A stretch of DNA of 64,000 nt, taken from an uncultured Candidatus Saccharibacteria bacterium (GTDB lineage: Bacteria; Patescibacteriota; Minisyncoccia; Phycocordibacterales; Phycocordibacteraceae). Location: the NCBI GenBank assembly GCA_964398815.1, contig CAYNNZ010000002.1:207-64206 (forward strand), in the 5' to 3' direction. The stretch's first letter is position 1, and each line of letters starts with the position of its first letter. Below the pieces are notes generated by a model, which ran no database searches, was not told where the DNA came from, and worked only from the letters and a program-made list of their open reading frames with translations. A program made the position numbers and the translations under genes. Of the stretch, positions 46,222-56,552 are shown in pieces.

Positions 46222-46866
46222 TTATGCGTCTTCCGTAGACTCTTCAGTCTCCTTGCCCTTACCTTCGACTTCGATACTATCCATATCCGGAGCAGCAGAA
46301 TCCTCCTCCTTCTCTTCCTCAATAGCCTGAGCAAGTGCGACTACCTCCTCGCCATCCACCTTCACAGTGACGCCTGCAGGAATCTTGAGGTCTGACACGC
46401 GGATTTGGTCACCCTCAGCAGCAAGTGCCGACATGTCGACTTCAATCTCGTGCGGAAGGTTAGCGGGGTCTGCCTCGATTTCGAGTTCATGCATAACCTT
46501 CACAATATTCATGCCGAGCTTAACGGCCGGAGCCTCACCGATGAATGAGAGCGGCACCGCGACCTCGACTTTCGCGCCCTTCTCGATTGCGTAGAGGTCC
46601 GCATGACGCGGGAGATTCGTGACTGGGTCAAAATCAACGTCATGAATGAGCACCTGCATGTCAGCACCGAGTCCGGTGAGCGAAATGACGGAAGACTCAC
46701 CTGCGTCGCGGAGAATCTTCTTAAATTCTCCTGCCTCGAGCGAAATGGAGGTTGCGTCCTGCTTCGGTCCATAAACAACCGCAGGAATACGGCCTACTGC
46801 GGCAAGTGCGCGTCCAGCTTCCTTACCGGTCGCCTCGCGCGTCTGTGCGTTCAAAGTAATAGTCAT
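46222..46866 (-). CDS. rplY: 50S ribosomal protein L25 / general stress protein Ctc, copy 1
   Basis: MTITLNAQTREATGKEAGRALAAVGRIPAVVYG... plus an acidic tail. Paralog at 57987..58631. Confidence 0.85.
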   Translation of the reverse strand: MTITLNAQTREATGKEAGRALAAVGRIPAVVYGPKQDATSISLEAGEFKKILRDAGESSVISLTGLGADMQVLIHDVDFDPVTNLPRHADLYAIEKGAKVEVAVPLSFIGEAPAVKLGMNIVKVMHELEIEADPANLPHEIEVDMSALAAEGDQIRVSDLKIPAGVTVKVDGEEVVALAQAIEEEKEEDSAAPDMDSIEVEGKGKETEESTEDA

Positions 46867-46920
46867 ATAGAGGTATGTAGTACCTGCCGAGTATGCCGGA
46901 AATAGGCCGTTCTGGCAATA

Positions 46921-47919
46921 TTAGCCCACCAGTGCCTCCGAAACGGTCTTTAGCCGAGCCAGGAATGCCTCCCGAGCCTTCCCCACGTTCTCCTTCTTCC
47001 CCTTCCATATAAGGAGAGCTTCTTCTTGGAGGGCACGAGCGAAACTGAAGGTAAGCGGCCATGGCGCATTTCGCTCCTTCGCGAGTTTTGCTATTGCGCG
47101 CAGGTTTTCGGTCGCCTGGTCGGGCGTCTGACCACCTGATAGGAAGACGATGCCTGCAAGTCCGCGCGGCACGATATCCATGAGAACTGAAACCGTGTCT
47201 TCCGCCACCTCCTCAGGGGTATCGGTCCGGCCGCTCTCATGACCAGAAAGCACCATGGCGGTCTTGAGAATGACGCCTGACGGGTCCACTGCATTATCGG
47301 CAAGTGCCTCGAATACGGTCTTGAGCGTTGCCTCGAGTACGGCCTTGGCGCGGACACGACTATGCGTTCCTGCGTACATGACCTCCGGCTCGATGATGGG
47401 AACCATGCCGACTTCCTGCACATCGCGCGCGTAAATAGCGAGGCGGCGTGCATTCTCCACAAGCGCCTGTGCTGTCGGCAGCGTATCTCCTTCGATGGTC
47501 ACGACCGCGCGCCATTTCGTGAAGCCAGTTTCGTATTCCTTCCGGAATCCTATAAGTCGGTCACAGAGACCTATGACCCCCTTGGTTATAAGTTCGTTCG
47601 GGCTTTCCGGAAACGGTTCCGTTCCCTCATCCACCTTAATGCCTGGAGTGATGCCACGGGCCGCAAGTGATTTTGAAAATAACTTCTTATCGCTTCCCTT
47701 CTGGTTCAACTGTTCGGAGAACAGAATGACGCCGGAGAGATACTGCTCGACACCCGGTGCCGTGAGGTAGAGGTCGTGGAATTGCCTGCGCATCTCCTCG
47801 CCCTGCTCGATGCCATGGTCGGCGAGCCGTTTGTCGGCAGTGTGCGTGCTTTCGTCGGCAGCCAGAATGCCTTTCCCGGGAGCAAACAACGATTCAGCGA
47901 TAGTGGAGAGGTCAGTCAT
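46921..47919 (-). CDS. fba: fructose-bisphosphate aldolase class I, copy 1
   Basis: GKGILAADESTHT Schiff-base-region motif and IVFLSGGQ. Paralog at 58686..59684. Confidence 0.85.
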   Translation of the reverse strand: MTDLSTIAESLFAPGKGILAADESTHTADKRLADHGIEQGEEMRRQFHDLYLTAPGVEQYLSGVILFSEQLNQKGSDKKLFSKSLAARGITPGIKVDEGTEPFPESPNELITKGVIGLCDRLIGFRKEYETGFTKWRAVVTIEGDTLPTAQALVENARRLAIYARDVQEVGMVPIIEPEVMYAGTHSRVRAKAVLEATLKTVFEALADNAVDPSGVILKTAMVLSGHESGRTDTPEEVAEDTVSVLMDIVPRGLAGIVFLSGGQTPDQATENLRAIAKLAKERNAPWPLTFSFARALQEEALLIWKGKKENVGKAREAFLARLKTVSEALVG

Positions 47920-47938
47920 ACACTCGAGTATAGCGCGC

Positions 47939-50900
47939 CTAGAACTCGACGATGTTCGGGAGCACGTTCACCACGACCTTCTTCTTCGTGCCGCCACAAT
48001 CGATTTCATACGTGCGCTGCGTCGTGATGTTCGTGATGGTGACGGTATTTGATGCAGAGCTCGTGATTTGACACTGCGCGTCCGAGACGGTCGTGGTGCG
48101 TGTGTTTACGCTCGTACCGCCTACATCCACTCCGTTTACCGTACAGGTCTGCCCTGCCGTCTCGCCTGTAACACTCCACGCTACCGTTACGCTTCCGCCT
48201 GAGGTGACGTGCGTCGGAGTCGCGGTAATGGTCTGCGTAAGTGGGTCGGAGCAGGTGTTTGCCTCGCCTGCGATAGTGACTGGCGAACAGGTGAATGGTC
48301 CTGCCGATTGCGTCCCGTTGGTTGCTGATACGGTTGGTGCGTAGTTACCCGGAGCCGCAAACTGCGACGTGAACGCGCTGCTTGCACCCGATCCTGATGC
48401 AGGTGTGCCGCCCGTAACATTCCAAGTGTATGAGGCCGGGGACGGTGAGAAGCCGGTTACTGTTGCTGTCCAGGTCACATCCACATTTGGAGCAGCAGCT
48501 GAAGGAGATGGTGTACACGAGCTGATAGTAGGTACCGCAGGAGCTGATACAGCAATCGCCGTCCATGCACCACAGTTATCATTCTCATCAGACTCTGTGA
48601 TGATTCCTAGATTCGATCCACTACTCTTATCCGCACACACACGCAGATACTTAGTGGTGCCTCCATCACCGGCTGGGAAGGTGTACGAGATGCTGGTCGG
48701 TGCAGTGCCTCCTGAAAGCATTACGCCAAGTGCGCTCACTCCAACATCGGATGCCCCACCTCCTGAAGCATCATTCGCCTTCTGGAGAAGTGTCGCGAAG
48801 CCAGCGCCGGTCGAAGCAGCGCCATTATTGGTTACGGTTGCCGAATATGAAGCTGAGGAGCCGGTGGTTGCTGATGTTGGAGAAACACTTCCCGTAGTGA
48901 GGTTAGGCTGTGCGGTAGCTACGGTTACAGCCGTCCAAGCACCACAGTTGTTTGCCTCGTCGCTCTCGGTGATAGCTCCTACGAATGAGGTGTTGTTATC
49001 AGCACAGATGCGCGTGTACCAGGTGCCCGCCGTTCCCATGGTGTACGTGTAGTAGGCCGTTCGACTCGATCCATTTGCTATTGCGGCGGTCGTGGTAGCA
49101 AACGATGCGGTGACACTCGTGTGATCAACATCATTATCGAACTGGAAGAGAGTGTTGAAGGTAGCTCCGGTTGGTGCTGTTCCCCCGTTTGTGACGGTGC
49201 CCGAGAAGACGGTACTTACCGACGTTGAGACCGTGGTCGGTACGACGGTGCCTGCAGTGAGATCTGGCTGTGCAGCAGAGCCAACGGTGACCGCAGTCCA
49301 AGCACCACAGTTGTTTGCCTCGTCGCTTTCTGTAATAACGCCCGTACCTGCCGTTGACTGCTTGTCAGCACAGACACGAACATATTTTGTAGTACCTCCA
49401 TCACCTGCTGGGAAGGTGTAGCTCAATTGAGCATTGGTAGTATTGCTGCCTCCCGTATTACTGAGTGTTGCGTTTGCATAGGTACCAATATCAGTCGCTC
49501 CGGTACCAGAAGCATCGTTTGCCTTCTGGAAGAGGTCAGTAAACGCTGCTCCTGTGGAAGCCGTACCTCCGTTCGTAACGGTAGCCTGAAGGGTTACGGC
49601 ACTACCCGCTGTCGCGGCTGTTGGGGTTACCGCTCCCGTGGTGAGATCAGGTAGTGGTGTAGTCACCGTAACGGTTCCTCCGTCGGACGTTCCGCCATTG
49701 CCGTCAGCATTGAGCGAACAAGCAATTGCGCCCGTATTCTGCGCACCACTCGTTACCGTCACCGTAGCAGTCTTTGCACCTGAGGAGACGTAGCTCTTCA
49801 CGACTGACACTGTTGAGCCAGTAAGACTATCTGTTCCGCTCCAACTATAGGTGTAGCTACCCGTACCTCCAGACGGATATGCCGTCCAGGTAACGTTCTG
49901 ACCGGTGTTTATGCTGGTCGGAAGTGCAGAACACGTAACTGCGAGTACGTTGTATACCGTAACCGCTGTCCATGGGGCACAGTTATCTCCCTCATTACTT
50001 TCAGTAATAGTGCCGACAAATGACGAGTTGTTATCCGCACAAGCACGCACATACCACGTACCCGCAGATGGGAACGCGTAACTCACACTTGCTGCATTGT
50101 TAGCGCCTGCTGCAAGGGTGGCATTACTGTGTGTACCGATAACGGTTGCACCCGTACCCGAGGAATCGGTTGCGCGCTGGAAGACGTTCGTGAAGCCGGC
50201 ACCGGTAGTTGCACCTCCTGTGTTTGTGACCGTGGCGCCAATGGTTGCCGCTACTCCTGCGACCGGATTAGTTGGGGTGGCGGTCATTGAACCGGCGGTG
50301 AGGTTTGGCTGAGGTGCGGCAGTCACCGTAACTGTTTGCCAAGCGCTACAGTTGTTCGCTTCATTCGATTCCGTAATACTTCCGACACTACTCGTGTTGA
50401 GATCGGCACAGGCACGCACCTGATAGCTACCCGTTGAGGTGAAGGTGTAATTCGCAGAGATTGCTGCGTTACCACTCGCGACAAGAGCCGTAATGGTGTT
50501 AGCGGCCACGTTGGTGACACCCGAGATCTGAATGGTGTTTGAGAAGGTTCCGCCGGCTGTCGCTGCTCCAGGGTTAGAAACGGTCGCAGTGAGATTGAGC
50601 GCTACATTCTGTGTTGCGGACGTCTGACCTATGAGGCTCGCGGTAAGGTCCGGCTGCGGAAGTGCATCAAGGGTAACAGCAGTCCAGGCACCACAGTTGT
50701 TCGCTTCGTTACTCTCTGTGATAGCGCTTGTAGAGTCAGCACACACTCGAAGGTACTTCGTGGTGCCAGCATCACCTGCTGGGAAGGTGTACGAGATATT
50801 GGTATTTGAGGAGGCACCGTTTGCGAGCGTTCCCATAGCCGCTGTCGCAATATCCGTTGCACCCGTACCAGACGCATCTGTTGCCTTCTGAGCTTTGTTA

Positions 50901-52525
50901 GTAAAGCCAGCACCCGTTGAAGCTGTTCCCCCGTTAGTGACTGAAGCAACAATACTTACCGCGACACCTGTTGCGGTTGAAGCGGGTGACGTAACACTTC
51001 CGGTAGAGAGATCTGGCTGTGGAGGAGCAGCTACCGTAACGGTGGTCCAGGCACCACAGTTGTTCGCTTCGTTACTCTCGGTGACGGCAGAAGCACCATC
51101 GGCACAGAGGCGAACCTGGTAGGTTCCGGCACTTGGATACGTAACGTTTGCTGAGGTTGAGTTAGATCCGGACGCCGCAACCGTAATGGAGTTGGTGGTA
51201 TAACTCGAACCACCCTGCACCTCTATCGTAGAAGTGAAGTTGCTGGCCGCCGTACCACCACCGTTTGAGACGGTTCCAGACGTTGATACTGCCTGCCCCG
51301 CTGTTGCTGTGGTTGGCGAGATAGTACCTGCAGTGAGATCAGCAGGAGCTGCAGCAATCGTTACCGAGTAGGTAGTCCAACCTGAACTTGAACTATTCGA
51401 ATCTTGCGCGAGCGCACGGAAGGTCTTCGTGCCGACCGTTGCCCAACTGTAGTCTTGCGTACGGCTTGTTCCGCTACTTACGTATCCTGAGGCAGGGAGC
51501 CATTGATCAACGGCACCATCGAAGTCCCAGTCGATACCGTAACGGAGCTGATCATTATCTGGGTCAGTACTTACAAAGGAGTAGGTATACGAAGTACTTG
51601 GAAGACCAGTAGTAGGTCCACCAATAGTAGGTGCGGTTGGTGGATTATTCGGGACCACCGCAGTAAGCGGATAGTTAACCGTGAATGCTGGAATGTTCAC
51701 CTGCTTACCTGGGCGTATTTGAACTGCGTGCTGTGAGGGATGATAACTATCTTCTTGCGGTCCATTGGCAAGCGGGTAGTTGTTTCCAACACAGGTGCCG
51801 CCGCTCGGAGCTCCACCGTATCGGTAGTAGAAATAGCCGTACGACGTGCCGAAATTAAAGTTAGGAGCGAGAGCACCGGTTGATGTAACCGTACAGGTTG
51901 CTATCAATGAACCGTCTCCCTGCGCAGTAAGCGCACCACAGGAAAGACCGGATAGGTTAGAGAGGGCTCGTGTTGGCGGTGTAAGACTGAGAGGGACGAA
52001 CTGATCGAAGTATCGCTCGCCACCAGAGTCGCTCTCATGTGCGCTCGAAGTGTAGTCCTTGTAATCACAAGTTGCTGCCTGCGGTGGCGCACCACCAGCG
52101 ATCCAGTCTCCGTAAGGTGAGTCCACCACACCACCGGTTCCAAACCAGAAGATGTTTTGATAGACATACGGGTTGAACTTGAGATCGATCGTCTGACCTA
52201 CAGACACCGTACCGTTCTGCGCGATAGAGGAGCCTGAATTATGGTCAAGGACGAATACGTCATACCCCACCGTGATGTTGGGGTTCGAAAGGGCGTTTTC
52301 ATATCCAGCTACATATGGTCCTCCCCAGTCCCATGCGTAATAGAAGTCTCCAGTGATCTGAACAGACTGCGTGTAGTGACCGGTTACGGGCAAGTTTGTG
52401 GGAGCAGTCGCGGTGATGTAGATAATCGAGACCGGTGGGATGTCACCGCCAGCAAGAACCCCAAAAGGGATAGTAAGCACCAGGAGGGCAAGAATGCGGG
52501 CGAGATCTAGAAGGTAAGGACGCAT
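47939..52525 (-). CDS. giant secreted protein (~1528 aa) with PKD-like and more than 10 CARDB-like tandem domains
   Basis: Signal peptide MRPYLLDLARILALLVLTIPFGVLA (start at the internal Met 4 nt after the upstream gene's stop). Repeats end in the (I)TESNEANNCGAWTAVTV CARDB signature. IDWDFDGAVD is a PKD-like motif. Confidence 0.8.
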   Translation of the reverse strand: MRPYLLDLARILALLVLTIPFGVLAGGDIPPVSIIYITATAPTNLPVTGHYTQSVQITGDFYYAWDWGGPYVAGYENALSNPNITVGYDVFVLDHNSGSSIAQNGTVSVGQTIDLKFNPYVYQNIFWFGTGGVVDSPYGDWIAGGAPPQAATCDYKDYTSSAHESDSGGERYFDQFVPLSLTPPTRALSNLSGLSCGALTAQGDGSLIATCTVTSTGALAPNFNFGTSYGYFYYRYGGAPSGGTCVGNNYPLANGPQEDSYHPSQHAVQIRPGKQVNIPAFTVNYPLTAVVPNNPPTAPTIGGPTTGLPSTSYTYSFVSTDPDNDQLRYGIDWDFDGAVDQWLPASGYVSSGTSRTQDYSWATVGTKTFRALAQDSNSSSSGWTTYSVTIAAAPADLTAGTISPTTATAGQAVSTSGTVSNGGGTAASNFTSTIEVQGGSSYTTNSITVAASGSNSTSANVTYPSAGTYQVRLCADGASAVTESNEANNCGAWTTVTVAAPPQPDLSTGSVTSPASTATGVAVSIVASVTNGGTASTGAGFTNKAQKATDASGTGATDIATAAMGTLANGASSNTNISYTFPAGDAGTTKYLRVCADSTSAITESNEANNCGAWTAVTLDALPQPDLTASLIGQTSATQNVALNLTATVSNPGAATAGGTFSNTIQISGVTNVAANTITALVASGNAAISANYTFTSTGSYQVRACADLNTSSVGSITESNEANNCSAWQTVTVTAAPQPNLTAGSMTATPTNPVAGVAATIGATVTNTGGATTGAGFTNVFQRATDSSGTGATVIGTHSNATLAAGANNAASVSYAFPSAGTWYVRACADNNSSFVGTITESNEGDNCAPWTAVTVYNVLAVTCSALPTSINTGQNVTWTAYPSGGTGSYTYSWSGTDSLTGSTVSVVKSYVSSGAKTATVTVTSGAQNTGAIACSLNADGNGGTSDGGTVTVTTPLPDLTTGAVTPTAATAGSAVTLQATVTNGGTASTGAAFTDLFQKANDASGTGATDIGTYANATLSNTGGSNTTNAQLSYTFPAGDGGTTKYVRVCADKQSTAGTGVITESDEANNCGAWTAVTVGSAAQPDLTAGTVVPTTVSTSVSTVFSGTVTNGGTAPTGATFNTLFQFDNDVDHTSVTASFATTTAAIANGSSRTAYYTYTMGTAGTWYTRICADNNTSFVGAITESDEANNCGAWTAVTVATAQPNLTTGSVSPTSATTGSSASYSATVTNNGAASTGAGFATLLQKANDASGGGASDVGVSALGVMLSGGTAPTSISYTFPAGDGGTTKYLRVCADKSSGSNLGIITESDENDNCGAWTAIAVSAPAVPTISSCTPSPSAAAPNVDVTWTATVTGFSPSPASYTWNVTGGTPASGSGASSAFTSQFAAPGNYAPTVSATNGTQSAGPFTCSPVTIAGEANTCSDPLTQTITATPTHVTSGGSVTVAWSVTGETAGQTCTVNGVDVGGTSVNTRTTTVSDAQCQITSSASNTVTITNITTQRTYEIDCGGTKKKVVVNVLPNIVEF

Positions 52526-52529
52526 ACGG

Positions 52530-53954
52530 TTATAGCGATGAAGGTGGTACGAGTGGCGTTGGCACATGCGGTTTAGGGCGCGTGCGCAGATACACGAGCA
52601 CAACAATTCCAATGAGCAGTAAGGCCGTCACTCCATATATACCAATCGCCATGAGTGATGGTGCCTGGCAGGCTCCACCGAGCTGACTGCAACGATATGG
52701 GATCGTTATCTTATCAATGGTCTTTCCATTCTGGGAGACCTTAGCCACCAAGTCGAAAGAAGTGAGTCCTGCCTTAGCAACGGGCATGGTAAGCGCCACA
52801 ATTTGGGACGGTGCGACTCCTTCATATACTTGATGTGAAAGCGGAATACCAATCAATCCGAAGAAGAGCGGTTCCTTCATCCACACATCGACGCGGGTAC
52901 CGGCAGCTTCTCCGAGACCTGCGTCATGGAAGCAGGCGAATGCTTTCGACTCAGCGGTGGTGGGATACTCAGTAACATTCAGTGAGTTGATGCGGGGAGT
53001 ATCGATTCCACGTCGTGCAAATCGAATGCCCACTATTGATTTCGATCCTGCGGGTGTCTTGAGTTCCCCAACGAGGTAGTACACCGAGTGACTTGTATCA
53101 GTAAGCGCATAAGAGACAGATGCTTTTGTTCCGGCTCCCACTTCAACACGTTCTGTTTTCTGATCAATGAGGTGGTCCTCACGAATACCATCCCAGTAAT
53201 AGAGTTTCCAGTGGACCTCTCCTGAATAATTCTGAACACCTGTGTTCTCTACATCTATCTTTATCGCTGTCTCCTTAAGATCAGGTGGCAAGGTCTGGGG
53301 AAATGCTGCGAAGTAGTAAGGGTGGTCGTTTATGGTCGCAGTTCCTTTGTCGAATCGAGTTGGGCCTGCACTGTCACCTATCACCTTGAACTGATAGAAG
53401 CCGCCAGTGACGTCGTCTGTGAATGAGAGGCCGAGGAAATTAAAGCGATCCTTTTGAGTAACGTACGCTGCCATTCGATACTGTCCGGGTGCCGCATCTG
53501 CAGGAACATTCCATGTAAACTGAAGTGGCAGTGTTTCCCCTGCTTTGAGATTCACGTGCTCGAGCACGGGGAAGAAGTCAACAATGTCTGGACCGTTCAC
53601 GTCCTTTTCTACGCTGCGCTGACGCATCACCTTTACATACACCGTCGCATCGACGATCGGATACTTGTTCTGATTCGTTACGCTTCCCGAGACTGCAAAC
53701 GGGACACCAATAGAGACAGAAGCAAGTTCTGCAGTGAGCACCACCGGTGTTGAACCGAATGTGTAATAGAGGAAGCAGCTATCGAGGTTGGTATCGGTGC
53801 GCACTACTGCATTTTGCGCAGTTGGTGCCTTGGTTTTATCAAAGGTTTCAAATCCTGCTTGAGCAGATACGGTCGTTGGACCGAGAAGAAGCGCGAGTAC
53901 GAGCGGAATAATGAACGAGGTACGAACAAAGGTAGACGCAGTTGGACGACTCAT
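52530..53954 (-). CDS. hypothetical cell-surface protein (474 aa) with signal peptide and C-terminal TM anchor
   Basis: N-terminal signal VLALLLGPTTVSAQA. C-terminal TM LMAIGIYGVTALLLIGIVVLVYLRTRPKP. Immediately upstream of, and co-oriented with, the CARDB giant gene. Confidence 0.6.
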   Translation of the reverse strand: MSRPTASTFVRTSFIIPLVLALLLGPTTVSAQAGFETFDKTKAPTAQNAVVRTDTNLDSCFLYYTFGSTPVVLTAELASVSIGVPFAVSGSVTNQNKYPIVDATVYVKVMRQRSVEKDVNGPDIVDFFPVLEHVNLKAGETLPLQFTWNVPADAAPGQYRMAAYVTQKDRFNFLGLSFTDDVTGGFYQFKVIGDSAGPTRFDKGTATINDHPYYFAAFPQTLPPDLKETAIKIDVENTGVQNYSGEVHWKLYYWDGIREDHLIDQKTERVEVGAGTKASVSYALTDTSHSVYYLVGELKTPAGSKSIVGIRFARRGIDTPRINSLNVTEYPTTAESKAFACFHDAGLGEAAGTRVDVWMKEPLFFGLIGIPLSHQVYEGVAPSQIVALTMPVAKAGLTSFDLVAKVSQNGKTIDKITIPYRCSQLGGACQAPSLMAIGIYGVTALLLIGIVVLVYLRTRPKPHVPTPLVPPSSL

Positions 53955-54036
53955 AGATGAAGTATAGCAGTCGTGCGCTTCGAGCTAGGTACCTGTTCAC
54001 AGCACCAGAACCTCGAATGCTACACTGCCAGAAGGT

Positions 54037-55500
54037 ATGAAAGTAGCCCATATTCTTCTCCTACTTGCGTCCCTAGCGACTGCCATCGGGATGGTGTTCC
54101 CGATATGCTGGACTCTTTCCATTCTCGGACTGGCCGTCTTTTTCTACCTCATACTCGACCGAATACCTTCCGTCCTCCAAGCGGGATGGTATGGACTCTT
54201 CTTTGGGGTGGTGACCGGTGGTGCAGGCATCCTATGGTTCTGGGACGCATATCCCCTCACCTTCCTCGGTATTACGAACTCCACCATTGGTCTCGTTATG
54301 GTTGGACTTACCTGGCTCTACGTCTCGGTGAGTCTTGGTGTTGCCGTCGCATTCTTCTCGATCGGTGTGTGGTATCTGCGCACGTGGATGTGGACACCTC
54401 TTTTAATTCCGGTGCTGTGGATGATTACTGAGGAAGCACGTATGTGGGGATACACCTTTTTTACATACGGCCCAGGCTCACTCATAGGTGCACATTTCTC
54501 TCCCTCTTCGATCGGATATCTTCTTAGTGAAAATTCGTACCTTCTCCAGCTTGCGTTTCCGTTTGGGCTTCTCGCACTCAACACCGCTGCAGCACTCATC
54601 GCAGTTGCGCTCATGGTTCTGTATCGATCAACGACTCGCGTCGTGCGCTCGGTAATTTTTGCCGCACTACTGGTGGTACTGTTGCTTCCGCTCGCTACGA
54701 CGTATCGAGACACCGGTGAAGCGCAAACGCTCATTCGCGTTGCAGTGGTAGGAACTGATGGACCTGCAGACAATCCAACACTCGGGTCCGCTCAGGCACG
54801 AGAATTGTTGAAAGCTAGTGCTGAAGATCACGCCATCGAACTTATTGTGCTTCCTGAAGTGTTGGGGTTCACTCGTATGTTTGGTAACTACGAAACAGGA
54901 TTAGAAACCATTCGCTCCTGGTTCGGTACTCGAGACGTACTTGTCGCTTCGAGTGAAAAAGTTCCGGCGGGTGATGGGTTTGTTGAGCAGCTGGTATACA
55001 CGAGTACGCAGTCAGGACGAGTAAGTGAGTACACTAAAATGCTACTGATACCGCTCGGTGAATATACTCCCTCCTTCTCTACCGTTCTGTACGCTCTCAT
55101 CACGGACGAGGGCGTGCGTGCGTATTTCAATAACTTGCATTCGTATGGATTGTCGGCGGGTACCGAAGTTACACCGGTGACGTACAACCATGTCACCATT
55201 GGAGGACTCTTGTGCTCTGATCTGTTGTCGCCGCAGCTCTACCACACCCTGGTGAAGCGTGATCATTCGAAACTGCTCATCAGTCTTTCCAATCAGTACT
55301 GGTTCCATGGATCGCATATCTTGTTTGATAAGACCCTTCAAATGGCCCGCGTCCGAGCTGTACAGGATCATGTACCGTTAGTTCTCGCCAATAACGCCGC
55401 GCCCTCTTTTATCCTCGACCCTACAGGTAGGGTTATGCGGCAGTCACACTGGCATACGCCTGAGGTCTTAGTGCACGAAGTACCTATTACTCTTCCGTAG
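54037..55500 (+). CDS. lnt: apolipoprotein N-acyltransferase-like protein (polytopic membrane domain + C-terminal CN-hydrolase/nitrilase domain)
   Basis: At least 6 N-terminal TM helices, then a nitrilase-type domain (IRVAVVGTDG...ELIVLPE...LLCSDLL). Confidence 0.6.
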   Translation: MKVAHILLLLASLATAIGMVFPICWTLSILGLAVFFYLILDRIPSVLQAGWYGLFFGVVTGGAGILWFWDAYPLTFLGITNSTIGLVMVGLTWLYVSVSLGVAVAFFSIGVWYLRTWMWTPLLIPVLWMITEEARMWGYTFFTYGPGSLIGAHFSPSSIGYLLSENSYLLQLAFPFGLLALNTAAALIAVALMVLYRSTTRVVRSVIFAALLVVLLLPLATTYRDTGEAQTLIRVAVVGTDGPADNPTLGSAQARELLKASAEDHAIELIVLPEVLGFTRMFGNYETGLETIRSWFGTRDVLVASSEKVPAGDGFVEQLVYTSTQSGRVSEYTKMLLIPLGEYTPSFSTVLYALITDEGVRAYFNNLHSYGLSAGTEVTPVTYNHVTIGGLLCSDLLSPQLYHTLVKRDHSKLLISLSNQYWFHGSHILFDKTLQMARVRAVQDHVPLVLANNAAPSFILDPTGRVMRQSHWHTPEVLVHEVPITLP

Positions 55501-55502
55501 AT

Positions 55503-56552
55503 ATGGACCGGCCTCCCTTCTTCCGTATTGCATTCATTCTGCTTATCTTGGGAGGTGTGTTGCTGGCCGTGCCGTACCTATTTCCTCATGACCGTCCACT
55601 TGAAGTAACCATCTCCACCAAACCCTTAGCGGTTCTTCCTGAGCATTCACATGATTTAGGTGAAGCAGAGGGTGATGATGGTCACGGAGTCTACGCATAC
55701 TCAGAAAGTGTCGTGGTGCCAGAAGATATGTGGGTCACCACCATCGAGGCGCATATGAAAAATGCTCCCGACTCTACCATTCACCATTTCATTTTGAAGG
55801 AAATGGGTGCGACCGATCCTGCATGTCCAAACTCTAGTGGCCGCACGCTATTCCTATTTGGACGCGACACCCGTTCACCGCAGCATTTCGGTGCCGCTCC
55901 CTACGGCATTTTTATTCCAAAAGGAACACCACTCGCGCTTGTGGCAATGATTCATAATCCGCACCCTCCCGAAGGCGTCGGTGGGACATACAAAGACGTG
56001 TCTGCAGTCATGACCGTGCGCGGCGTTGCTTCTGGTGGTTCGCGCACAAAGCCTTTGTCCATACGATTCCTAGTACTTTCTGACACGTCCTACTGCAATG
56101 ATTCGCCAGAAGCAAACACGTTTAGTATCCCTGCACTACGTAAGGAATACGTACAACAAAGTACTACGCTACAAGGAATTAATCGCGGGTCCCTTACCTT
56201 TGATGGAGATGCGACCCTGCTTGGCTTTGGCGGACATATTCATGCGTGGGAGGGCGGCAATGCGCTTGCGGTATATCTCAATAATAATTTGCTCCAGCTC
56301 ATCACGCCCCATCAAGCAGGAGCGGAACCCTGGTCATGGAAAACAGCTCCCGTAGATCGAGCGGTGCCGATGAAGAAAGGTGACACTATTTCACTTACGG
56401 CTACGTACGAAAATCCGAATGTAGTACCCACTCGCGGAGCCATGGGAATTGTGGGCTTAATATTCTGGCAACCTTCAAAGGAAGCGGAGTTGCTTGCGCC
56501 GTACAAGCAGACTACTGCCACCACCACTCTGGATCGGTACGGAACGTTCTAA
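55503..56552 (+). CDS. hypothetical membrane-anchored protein (349 aa)
   Basis: N-terminal TM FRIAFILLILGGVLLAV. No family assigned. Its 3' end overlaps the convergent LT paralog by 4 nt. Confidence 0.5.
   Translation: MDRPPFFRIAFILLILGGVLLAVPYLFPHDRPLEVTISTKPLAVLPEHSHDLGEAEGDDGHGVYAYSESVVVPEDMWVTTIEAHMKNAPDSTIHHFILKEMGATDPACPNSSGRTLFLFGRDTRSPQHFGAAPYGIFIPKGTPLALVAMIHNPHPPEGVGGTYKDVSAVMTVRGVASGGSRTKPLSIRFLVLSDTSYCNDSPEANTFSIPALRKEYVQQSTTLQGINRGSLTFDGDATLLGFGGHIHAWEGGNALAVYLNNNLLQLITPHQAGAEPWSWKTAPVDRAVPMKKGDTISLTATYENPNVVPTRGAMGIVGLIFWQPSKEAELLAPYKQTTATTTLDRYGTF

Noticed and set aside
48369-51122. Plus-strand ORFs within the CARDB giant gene (48369..49052 and others)
   Set aside because: Antisense frames rich in Val/Ala/Pro, mirroring the Thr/Ala/Gly-rich coding strand.
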